Assembly (NCBI GenBank): GCA_028826165.1
Contig: JAPDFW010000092.1
Coordinates: 1,063,285-1,127,284, forward strand
Length of the DNA stretch: 64,000 nucleotides
Source: Anaeramoeba ignava BMAN
Taxonomy: Eukaryota > Protista > Anaeramoebae
Direction: 5' to 3'
The notes beneath the pieces were generated by a model that was not told the origin of the DNA, ran no database searches, and saw only the letters and a list, made by a program, of their open reading frames with translations. The position numbers were made by a program, and so were the translations under genes. The first letter of the stretch is position 1; every line of letters starts with the position of its first letter. This document shows, piece by piece, positions 52,901 to 62,300 of this stretch.

Positions 52901-55900
52901 ACTGATAAATTACCTGCTCCTTCAAATGTTCAATCTTATTCTGAAATTGAACAAATCAAATTAAATTTCACAAAAGTATCTCAAGCAAAATCATATTTAG
53001 TTTCAATTGATAATCAATCAACTTGGATAAATTTCACAACATTAATTCTAAATGAAAATGAAATTATTGGAACAATTAATGGATTATCTGGAAATGTTGA
53101 TTATTATATTTCAGTTAGAGGATGTAGTGATACAAGTTGTGAACCTCAATATCTTGGAGATCAAAGTTCAACAATTACAATTAAACCTAAATTAGGGAAT
53201 ATAACAGGATTAAATTGTAATTCAACAATTTGTGGATTTGAATGTGAATGGAATAAATTAGAATTATCAGATGGATTAGAAAAATATTCATTAACTTATA
53301 ATTCAACTCCAATTTGTTTGGATAAATCATTAACAAGTTATTCAATTTCAGATTTACTTGGAGGAGAAAATTATGAAATTTCAATATTTGCATCTGCTGA
53401 TTTAAATTGTTCATTTAATGAATATTCAGGATTATCTTCATCAATTTCAGTTATAACTGATAAATTACCTGCTCCTTCAAATATTCAATCTTATTCTGAA
53501 ATTGAACAAATCAAATTAAATTTCACAAAATTATCTCAAGCAAAATCTTATTTAGTTTCAATTGATAATCAATCAACTTGGATAAATTTCACAACATTAA
53601 TTCTAAATGAAAATGAAATTATTGGAACAATTAATGGATTATCTGGAAATGTTGATTATTATATTTCAGTTAGAGGATGCAGTGATACAAATTGTACAGT
53701 TGAATATGCAGGATATCCAAGTTCAACAATTACAAACAAACCTAAATTAGGGAATATAACAGGATTAAATTGTAATCCAACAATTTGTGGATTTGAATGT
53801 GAATGGAATGAATTAGAATTATCAAATGGATTAGAAAAATATTCATTTACTTATAATTCAACTCCAATTTGTTTGGATAAATCATTAACAAGTTATTCAA
53901 TTTCAGATTTACTTGGAGGTGAAAATTATGAAATTTCAATATTTGCATCAGCTGATTCAAATTGTTCATTTAATGAATATTCAGGATTATCTTCATCAAC
54001 TTCAGTTACAACAAAATTACCTGTTCCTTTAATTGAATTAATAAATTGTAGTTCTGGATATTCAGAATTTGAATGTTATTGGAATCAACCTGAAAATAAT
54101 GTTTCTCTTTATTTTCAAATTGATTATGGAAATGGTTATACTCAAATTATAAATCCTGTTTTTGATTCATCACAAAATGTTTTCTATCAAGAATTTAATT
54201 CATCAATTTATTTAGGAATTTATGGAAATAAAGAATATTTAATTCAACTTCAAGCTTGTAATTTAACAGAAGATGAATGTGGAGATCCTTCAGAATCAAC
54301 AACTTTGAAAACAATGATTGATTGTGTTGAAGATTTTGAATTAATTGGATTAGCAGATTCTATTAATGTTTCATGGAATCTACCTAATGTAGAAATTATT
54401 GAAGAAGTTCCTCATCTTGATCATTATAAAATAGGTTATTTGTGTGAAAATATGGAAATTCCTGAATATTTGGATGTTGATAATACTTCAACTTCTTATC
54501 AAATTACTGAATTGGAAACTGGAAATGAATGTAATGTTTCAATATGTGCTTGTAGAACACCTTCATGTTCTGGAGATGATGAAGGAGAAGTTGTTCATGA
54601 TATAGTTCAAGTTGGATTTGGGCCTGTTTTAAATCTTAAATGTTTAGTTTCAAATGTTTTAGATGTTAATTGTTCTTGGCTTGCTCCTGAAAGTTCACAA
54701 TCACCTTCTTATTATAATATCACTTATAAATCAAATTCATTTGAAGATGAAGAAGAATATCAACCAACTCAATTATATCAAAATTTTACAGTTAAACTTC
54801 CAAATCAATATTATCAAATCAATGTTTCTGCTTGTTCTTCAAATGGAATATGTGGAATTATTTCATCAAAAACAATAAGAATTGCAGAGATTCCTCATCC
54901 TAATATTATTGAATCAATTTCCAAAATTGAAGCAATCAAATTAAATTTCACAAAAGTATCTCAAGCAAAATCATATTTAGTTTCAATCGATAATCATTTA
55001 ACTTGGATAAATTTCACAACATTAATTCTAAATGAAAATGAAATTATTGGAACAATTAATGGATTATCTGGAAATGTTGATTATTATATTTCAGTTAGAG
55101 GATGTAGTGATACAAGTTGTGAACCTCAATATCTTGGAGATCAAAGTTCAACAATTACAATTAAACCTAAATTAGGGAATATAACAGGATTAAATTGTAA
55201 TTCAACAATTTGTGGATTTGAATGTGAATGGAATGAATTAGAATTATCAAATGGATTAAGAGGATATTCATTAACTTATAATTCTAAATCAATTTGTTTG
55301 GATAAATCAATAACAAGTTATTCAGTTCCAGATTTACTTGGAGGTGAAAATTATGAAATTTCAATATTTGCATCTGCTGATTTAAATTGTTCATTTAATG
55401 AATATTCAGGATTATCTTCATCAATTTCAGTTACAACTGATAATCTAACAGCACCAACAATTTATGAATCAATTTCCAAAATTGAAGCAATTGAATTAAA
55501 TTTCACAAAAGTATCTGAAGCAAAATCTTATTTAATTTCAATTGATAATCATTTAACTTGGATAAATTTCACATCTCTTAATTTAAGTGGAAATGAAATT
55601 ATTGGAACAATAAATGGATTATCTGGAAATGTTGATTATTATATTTCAGTTAGAGGATGCAGTGATACAAATTGTACAGTTGAATATGCAGGATATCCAA
55701 GTTCAGCAATTACAAACAAACCTAAATTAGGGAATATAACAGGATTAAATTGTATTTCAACAATTTGTGGATTTGAATGTGAATGGAATGAATTAGAATT
55801 ATCAAATGGATTAGAAAAATATTCATTAACTTATAATTCTAAATCAATTTGTTTGGATAAATCATTAACAAATTATTCAATTTCAGATTTACTTCAAGGA

Positions 55901-57850
55901 GAAAATTATGAAATTTCAATATTTGCATCTGCTGATTTAAATTGTTCAACAAATGAATATTCAGGATTATCTTCATCAACTTCAGTTACAACTGATATGT
56001 TACCTGCTCCTTTAAATGTTCAATCTTATTCTGAAATTGAACAAATCAAATTAAATTTCACAAAAGTATCTCAAGCAAAATCATATTTAATTTCAATTGA
56101 TAATCAATCAACTTGGATAAATTTCGCATCTCTTAATTTAAGTGGAAATGAAATGATTGGAACAATAAACGAATTATCTGGAAATATTGATTATTATATT
56201 TCAGTTAGAGGATGTACTGATACAAGTTGTGAACCTCAATATCTTGGAGATGCAAGTTCAACAATTACAAACAAACCTAAATTAGGGAATATAACAGGAT
56301 TAAATTGTATTTCAACAATTTGTGGATTTGAATGTGAATGGAATGAATTAGAATTATCAAATGGATTAGAAAAATATTCATTAACTTATAATTCTAAATC
56401 AATTTGTTTGGATAAATCATTAACAAGTTATTCAGTTTCCAATTTAATTGGAGGAGAAAATTATGAAATTTCAATATTTGCATCTGCTGATTTAAATTGT
56501 TCATTTAATGAATATTCAGGATTATCTTCATCAACTTCAGTTACAACTGATATGTTACCTGCTCCTTCAAATGTTCAATCTTATTCTGAAATTGAACAAA
56601 TCAAATTAAATTTCACAAAATTATCTCAAGCAAAATCTTATTTAATTTCAATTGATGGAAAAATGAGTTGGATAAATTTCACAACATTAATTTCAAATGG
56701 AAATGAAATTATTGGAACAATAAATGGATTATCTGGAAATGTTGATTATTATATTTCAGTTAGAGGATGTAGTGATACAAATTGTACAGTTGAATATGCA
56801 GGATATCCAAGTTCAACAATTACAAACAAACCTAAATTAGGGAATATAACAGGATTAAATTGTAATTCAACAATTTGTGGATTTGAATGTGAATGGAATG
56901 AATTAGAATTATCAAATGGATTAAGAGGATATTCATTATCTTATAATTCTAAATCAATTTGTTTGGATAAATCATTAACAAGTTATTCAATTTTCAATTT
57001 AATTGGAGGAGAAAATTATGAAATTTCAATATTTGCATCTGCTGATTTAAATTGTTCATTTAATGAATATTCAGGATTATCTTCATCAACTTCAGTTACA
57101 ACTGATATGTTACCTGCTCCTTCAAATGTTCAATCTTATTCTGAAATTGAACAAATCAAATTAAATTTCACAAAATTATCTCAAGCAAAATCTTATTTAA
57201 TTTCAATTGATGGAAAAATGAGTTGGATAAATTTCACATCTCTTAATTTAAGTGGAAATGAAGTTATTGGAACAATTAATGGATTATCTGGAAATGTTGA
57301 TTATTATATTTCAGTTAGAGGATGTATTGATACAAATTGTACAGTTGAATATGCAGGATATCCAAGTTCAACAATTACAAACAAACCTAAATTAGGGAAT
57401 ATAACAGGATTAAATTGTATTTCAACAATTTGTGGATTTGAATGTGAATGGAATGAATTAGAATTATCAAATGGATTAAGAGGATATTCATTATCTTATA
57501 ATTCTAAATCAATTTGTTTGGCAAAATCATTAACAAAATTTTCAATTTTCAATTTACTTGGAGGAGAAAATTATGAAATTTCAATATTTGCATCTGCTGA
57601 TTGGAGATGTGAAACAAATCAATATTCAGGATTATCTTCATCAACTTCAATTACAACTATTCCTTCACCAACAGAAGAAGCTAATGATAGTTCAACAGAT
57701 ACAAAAGTAATTATTCCAGCAGTTCTTGTTCCTATTATTGTTGTTGCTATTATCATTGTTGTTATCATTTGGTTAAGAAAACGTTCAAAAAAATCAAAGA
57801 ATAAAAATCAAAATCAAAATCAAGAAATTGAACTTTCAAATGATGTTTAA
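49910..57850 (+). CDS. Giant type I membrane protein: signal peptide, two FG-GAP-type beta-propellers, many Cys-containing FN3-like repeats, single TM, short tail (2646 aa)
   Basis: Signal FLFIFALILFLFGLTQT; FGxxVxISxDG..VVGA blades; 180-aa (540-nt) two-domain repeats with W..Y.ISV/YEISI; TM VIIPAVLVPIIVVAIIIVVIIWL followed by RKRSKK. Confidence 0.88.
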   Translation: MANSKQFLFIFALILFLFGLTQTHQAYSSSSSNGLKDSYSWELAQTITSPDSSTTFGFSVSLSPTISVIGDPSKAKVLIYQLEDGNWNSFQNITRSDYPSYGWSVAVSQDGLTTATGSPDNTCFFPYYYDGSNYVYGWLPEEDSDPEIISEGLKGAFTFGSNMAISTYVKTQFVGASDFNYIHIVFGPYEYFDLYGASGEGLGWAVDISENPFVAVASCLSVKKVYIYSVSRSTGFTSIFNITSTLDGFGNDVAISNDGNVVVVAAMESNTVVIYRRSGDNWNEEKVLSVDSSNFGSSVSISEDGNIVVVGANLTDEVYIYSYSNSDWNEEKVLSGASSFGTDVSISGDILLVSAPQSNEVSYFNRTYIPPPPPWGLKQTITSPDSSSTFGFSVSLCPNISVIGDPSKTKALVYQLEDGNWNSFQNITLSYCSSFGWDVSVSEDSFMLFVGAPAMPGATAYYFDGSQYIFGSLPTDEVIYDPPINGLMADPTPYGWSVATSASLKMYLTGKSQSNQVYGRIYPNYFYYPGISGEGLGWAVDISENPSIVVASCFSVKKVSLLSASKVTVSVFTYISDITSTLDGFGNDVAISNDGNVVVVAAMESNTVVIYRRSGDNWNEEKVISVNSSNFGSSVSISEDGNIVVVGANLTDEVYIYSYSNSDWNEEKVLSGASSFGTDVSISGDILLVSAPQSREVSYFNRTYIPPPPLIPPLVELINCSSGYSEFECYWNQPENNVSLYFQSDYGNGYTQIINPVFDLSQNVFYQEFNSSIYLGIYGNKEYLIQLQACNLTEDECGDPSESTTLKTMIDGVEDFELIGLADSINVSWNLPNVEIIEEVPHLDHYKIGYLCENMEIPEYLDVDNTSTSYQITELEARNECNVSICACRTPSCSGDDEGEVVHDIVQVGFGPVLNLKCLVSNVLDVNCSWLTPESSQSPSYYNITYKSNSFEDEEEYQPTQLYQNFTVKLPNQYYQINVSACSSNGECGNISSTSVTTDKLPAPSNVQSYSEIEQIKLNFTKVSQAKSYLVSIDNQSTWINFTTLILNENEIIGTINGLSGNVDYYISVRGCSDTSCEPQYLGDQSSTITIKPKLGNITGLNCNSTICGFECEWNKLELSDGLEKYSLTYNSTPICLDKSLTSYSISDLLGGENYEISIFASADLNCSFNEYSGLSSSISVITDKLPAPSNIQSYSEIEQIKLNFTKLSQAKSYLVSIDNQSTWINFTTLILNENEIIGTINGLSGNVDYYISVRGCSDTNCTVEYAGYPSSTITNKPKLGNITGLNCNPTICGFECEWNELELSNGLEKYSFTYNSTPICLDKSLTSYSISDLLGGENYEISIFASADSNCSFNEYSGLSSSTSVTTKLPVPLIELINCSSGYSEFECYWNQPENNVSLYFQIDYGNGYTQIINPVFDSSQNVFYQEFNSSIYLGIYGNKEYLIQLQACNLTEDECGDPSESTTLKTMIDCVEDFELIGLADSINVSWNLPNVEIIEEVPHLDHYKIGYLCENMEIPEYLDVDNTSTSYQITELETGNECNVSICACRTPSCSGDDEGEVVHDIVQVGFGPVLNLKCLVSNVLDVNCSWLAPESSQSPSYYNITYKSNSFEDEEEYQPTQLYQNFTVKLPNQYYQINVSACSSNGICGIISSKTIRIAEIPHPNIIESISKIEAIKLNFTKVSQAKSYLVSIDNHLTWINFTTLILNENEIIGTINGLSGNVDYYISVRGCSDTSCEPQYLGDQSSTITIKPKLGNITGLNCNSTICGFECEWNELELSNGLRGYSLTYNSKSICLDKSITSYSVPDLLGGENYEISIFASADLNCSFNEYSGLSSSISVTTDNLTAPTIYESISKIEAIELNFTKVSEAKSYLISIDNHLTWINFTSLNLSGNEIIGTINGLSGNVDYYISVRGCSDTNCTVEYAGYPSSAITNKPKLGNITGLNCISTICGFECEWNELELSNGLEKYSLTYNSKSICLDKSLTNYSISDLLQGENYEISIFASADLNCSTNEYSGLSSSTSVTTDMLPAPLNVQSYSEIEQIKLNFTKVSQAKSYLISIDNQSTWINFASLNLSGNEMIGTINELSGNIDYYISVRGCTDTSCEPQYLGDASSTITNKPKLGNITGLNCISTICGFECEWNELELSNGLEKYSLTYNSKSICLDKSLTSYSVSNLIGGENYEISIFASADLNCSFNEYSGLSSSTSVTTDMLPAPSNVQSYSEIEQIKLNFTKLSQAKSYLISIDGKMSWINFTTLISNGNEIIGTINGLSGNVDYYISVRGCSDTNCTVEYAGYPSSTITNKPKLGNITGLNCNSTICGFECEWNELELSNGLRGYSLSYNSKSICLDKSLTSYSIFNLIGGENYEISIFASADLNCSFNEYSGLSSSTSVTTDMLPAPSNVQSYSEIEQIKLNFTKLSQAKSYLISIDGKMSWINFTSLNLSGNEVIGTINGLSGNVDYYISVRGCIDTNCTVEYAGYPSSTITNKPKLGNITGLNCISTICGFECEWNELELSNGLRGYSLSYNSKSICLAKSLTKFSIFNLLGGENYEISIFASADWRCETNQYSGLSSSTSITTIPSPTEEANDSSTDTKVIIPAVLVPIIVVAIIIVVIIWLRKRSKKSKNKNQNQNQEIELSNDV

Positions 57851-58049
57851 TTCAATTAAAAAAGCATCAATAACAACAACAACAACAAAAAGGAACAAAT
57901 TTTATTTTCTTTTCTTTTCCTTTTTTCAATTCTTTTTTTCAATTCTTTTTTTCAATTCTTTTTTTCAATTCTTTTTTTCAATTCAAAAATTAAGAAAAGA
58001 AAATAAAAAACAAAAAACAAATTTTCTTCCACTTTTTTTGATTAATTTA

Positions 58050-58650
58050 TTTAATTATTTAATTAATAATTAATTTAATATTTATTTATATTTTATTTAT
58101 ATTTATAATTTTATATTAATTTCTAAATTAAATATTAATTAATTATTATTAAATATTTTGATTAAATTATTAATTAAATATTTTAATTAATTTTATTTCT
58201 TTATTTAATTAATATTTAATTTATTATTTATTTATATTTTATTTATATTTATAATTTTATATTAATTTCTAAATTAAATATTAATTAATTATTATTAAAT
58301 ATTTTGATTAAATTATTGATTAAATATTTTAATTAATTTTTATTTCATTATTTAATTAATATTTAATTTATTATTTATTTATAATTTATTTATATTTATA
58401 ATTTTATATTAATTTCCAAATTAAATATTAATTAATTATTATTAAATATTTTGATTAAATTATTGATTAAATATTTTAATTAATTTTATTTCATTATTTA
58501 ATTAATATTTAATTTATTATTTATTTATAATTTATTTTTATTTATAAATTTATATTAATTTCTAAATTAAATATTAATTAATTATTATTTAATATTTTGA
58601 TTAAATTATTAATTAAATATTTTAATCAATTTTATTTCATTATTTAAAAT
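58050..58650. repeat. Second array of the ~146-bp satellite (~4 copies)
   Basis: Same unit as 47710-49050; part of the duplicated upstream block. Confidence 0.85.
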
Positions 58651-59359
58651 AATTTTAATTTAATATTCAATTTAGAATTAAATTTAAAATTATATTTTAT
58701 TGATATTTTTATTATTAAATTTATACTTTTTAATTCAAAAATATTATTATTTTATTATTAAATTTTTTGATCAGTTTTATTTCATTTTATTAAATTAAAT
58801 TAAAAAGAAAATAAAAGAAAAAATTTTTTTTTCAAATTCAAAAGAAAGACAAATTATAATTAATTTTTAAAAAGAAAAGAAAAAGCAAAAAACAAAATTC
58901 ATTAAAAGAAAAAAAAAAAATTTTTTTTTAACTTTTTTTTGAATACAATAGAGTTGAAAAAGGAACTTGCCTTTTATTTTAATTTCTTTTCTAAATTAAA
59001 AAGAAAGATCAATTTTAATTAAATTTTTTTCTTATTCATTTGGGCAAAATTATTTTATTAAATTAAATTAAAAAGAAAATAAAAGAAAAAAAAAATTTTT
59101 TTTTCTCATTCATTTCTCTCTTTTCGTTTTAAAATGTAAATCTTTCTTTTCTTTTATTTTTTGTTTTTTTTTTGTTTCTTCTTTTGAATTGAATTAATTT
59201 AATTTCTTTTTTTTCCAATTTGATCATTTTATTTTTTTTTCCTTTTATTTTTTGTGAATTTTTTTTTAATGAATTGGAAAACAAATTATTTATTCAAATA
59301 ACTAAACAAATTTTTTTTTTGCTTTTATTAATTTTTAAATAGTTTTAAAACACAAAAGA

Positions 59360-62300
59360 ATGATAAATTCAAAAAGGTTCTTATTCATTTTTGCTTTGAT
59401 TCTCTTCTTATTTGGATTAACTCAAACTCATCAAGTTTATTCATCATCATCATCAAATGGATTGAAAGATTCTTATTCTTGGGATTTAGCACAAACAATT
59501 ACATCTCCTGATTCTTCTTCAACTTTTGGATTTAGTGTTTCTCTTTCTCCAAATATTTCTGTTATTGGTGATCCAAGTCAAACAAAAGTATTGGTTTATC
59601 AACTTGAAGATGGAAATTGGAATTCTTTTCAAAATATAACTCGATCTGATTATTCAAGTTTTGGTTGGGATGTTTCAGTTTCTGAAGATTCAATTATACT
59701 TTATGTTGGAGCTCCTGCTTCTGCTTATGGAACCATGCCTTATTATTTTGATGGTAGTCAGTATGTCAATGGATTTCCTTCAACAGATGAATTTATATCT
59801 GATCTTCCAATTAATGGATTGATGGCTGATCCTACTACATATGGTTGGAGTGTTGCAACTTCAGCATCTTTGAAAATGTATTTGTATGGAAGCTCAAAAT
59901 ATAATGTCATCTATGGTCTTTTGGGAGATTCAAATTGGTTTCCTTATACTGGATTATCAGGAGAAGGATTAGGATGGGAAGTTGATATTTCAGAAAATCC
60001 TTCTATTGCTGTTGCTTCTTGTTTTTCAGTTAAAAAAGTATATCTTCTTTCTGCTTCTGTAAGTGAATTTACATATATTTTTGATATTACATCAACTTTG
60101 GATGGATTTGGGAATGATGTTGCAATTTCAAATGATGGGAATGTTGTTGTTGTTGCTGCAATGGAATCAAATACAGTTGTTATTTACAGAAGATCTGGAG
60201 ATATTTGGAATGAAGAAAAAGTTATTTCAGTTAATTCTTCAAATTTTGGATCTTCAGTTTCAATTTCAGAAGATGGGAATATAGTTGTTGTTGGAGCTAA
60301 TTTAACAGATGAAGTATATATCTATAGTTATTCTGAATCAGATTGGAATGAAGAAAAAGTACTTTCAGGTGCAAGTAGTTTTGGAACTGATGTTTCAATT
60401 TCAGGAGATATCCTTCTTGTTTCAGCTCCTCAATCAAGAGAAGTTTCATATTTTAATAGAACATATATCCCTCTTCCTCTTATTCCTCCTTTAATTGAAT
60501 TAATAAATTGTAGTTCTGGATATTCAGAATTTGAATGTTATTGGAATCAACCTGAAAATAATGTTTCTCTTTATTTTCAAATTGATTATGGAAATGGTTA
60601 TACTCAAATTATAAATCCTGTTTTTGATTTATCACAAAATGTTTTCTATCAAGAATTTAATTCATCACTTTATTTAGGAATTTATGGAAATAAAGAATAT
60701 TCAATTCAACTTCAAGCTTGTAATTTAACAGAAGATGAATGTGGAGATCCTTCAGAATCAACAACTTTGAAAACAATGATTGATTGTGTTGAAGATTTTG
60801 AATTAATTGGATTAGCAGATTCTATTAATGTTTCATGGAATCTACCTAATGTAGAAATTATTGAAGAAGTTCCTCATCTTGATCATTATAAAATAGGTTA
60901 TTTGTGTGAAAATATGGAAATTCCTGAATATTTGGATGTTAATAATACTTCAAATTCTTATCAAATTACTGAATTGGAAGCTAGAAATGAATGTAATGTT
61001 TCAATATGTGCTTGTAGAACACCTTCATGTTCTGGAGATGATGAAGGAGAAGTTGTTTATGATATAGTTCAAGTTGGATTTGGACCTGTTTTAAATCTTA
61101 AATGTTTAGTTTCAAATGTTTTAGATGTTAATTGTTCTTGGCTTGCTCCTGAAAGTTCACAATCACCTTATTATTATAATATCACTTATAAATCAAATTC
61201 ATTTGAAGATGAAGAAGAATATCAATTAAGTCAATTATATCAAAATTTTACAGTTAAACTTCCAAATCAATATTATCAAATCAATGTTTCTGCTTGTTCT
61301 TCAAATGGAGAATGTGGAAATATTTCATCAACTTCAGTTACAACTGATAATCTAACAGCACCAACAATTTATGAATCAATTTCCAAAATTGAAGCAATTG
61401 AATTAAATTTCACAAAATTATCTGAAGCAAAATCTTATTTAGTTTCAATCGATAATAAATCAACTTGGATAAATTTCACAACATTAATTCTAAATGGAAA
61501 TGAAATTATTGGAACAATTAATGGATTATCTGGAAATATTGATTATTATATTTCAGTTAGAGGATGTACTGATACAAGTTGTGAACCTCAATATTTAGGA
61601 GATCCAAGTGAAACAATTACAAACAAACCTAAATTAGGGAATATAACAGGATTAAATTGTATTTCAACAATTTGTGGATTTGAATGTGAATGGAATGAAT
61701 TAGAATTATCAGATGGATTAAGAGCATATACATTTACTTATAATTCAACTTCAATTTGTTTGGATAAATCATTAACAAGTTATTCAGTTTCCAATTTACT
61801 TCAAGGTGAAAATTATGAAATTTCAATATTTGCATCTGCTAGTTGGGACTGTGAAACAAATCAATATTCAGGATTATCTTCATCAACTTCAGTTACAACT
61901 GATGAATTACCTGCTCCTTCAAATGTTCAATCTTATTCTGAAATTGAACAAATCAAATTAAATTTCACAAAAGTATCTCAAGCAAAATCTTATTTAATTT
62001 CAATTGATAATAAATTAACTTGGATCAATTTCACAACATTAATTCCAAATGGAAATGAAATTATTGGAACAATAAATGGATTATCTGGAAATGTTTATTA
62101 TAATATTTCAGTTAGAGGATGTACTGAATTGAGTTGTGCAAATCAATATCTTGGAGATGCAAGTGAAACAATTACAAACAAAGCTAAATTAGGAAACATT
62201 ACTGGATTCAATTGTAATGCAACAATTTGTGGATTTGAATGTGAATGGGATGAATTAGAATTATCATATGGATTAAGAGCATATTTATTTACTTATAATT

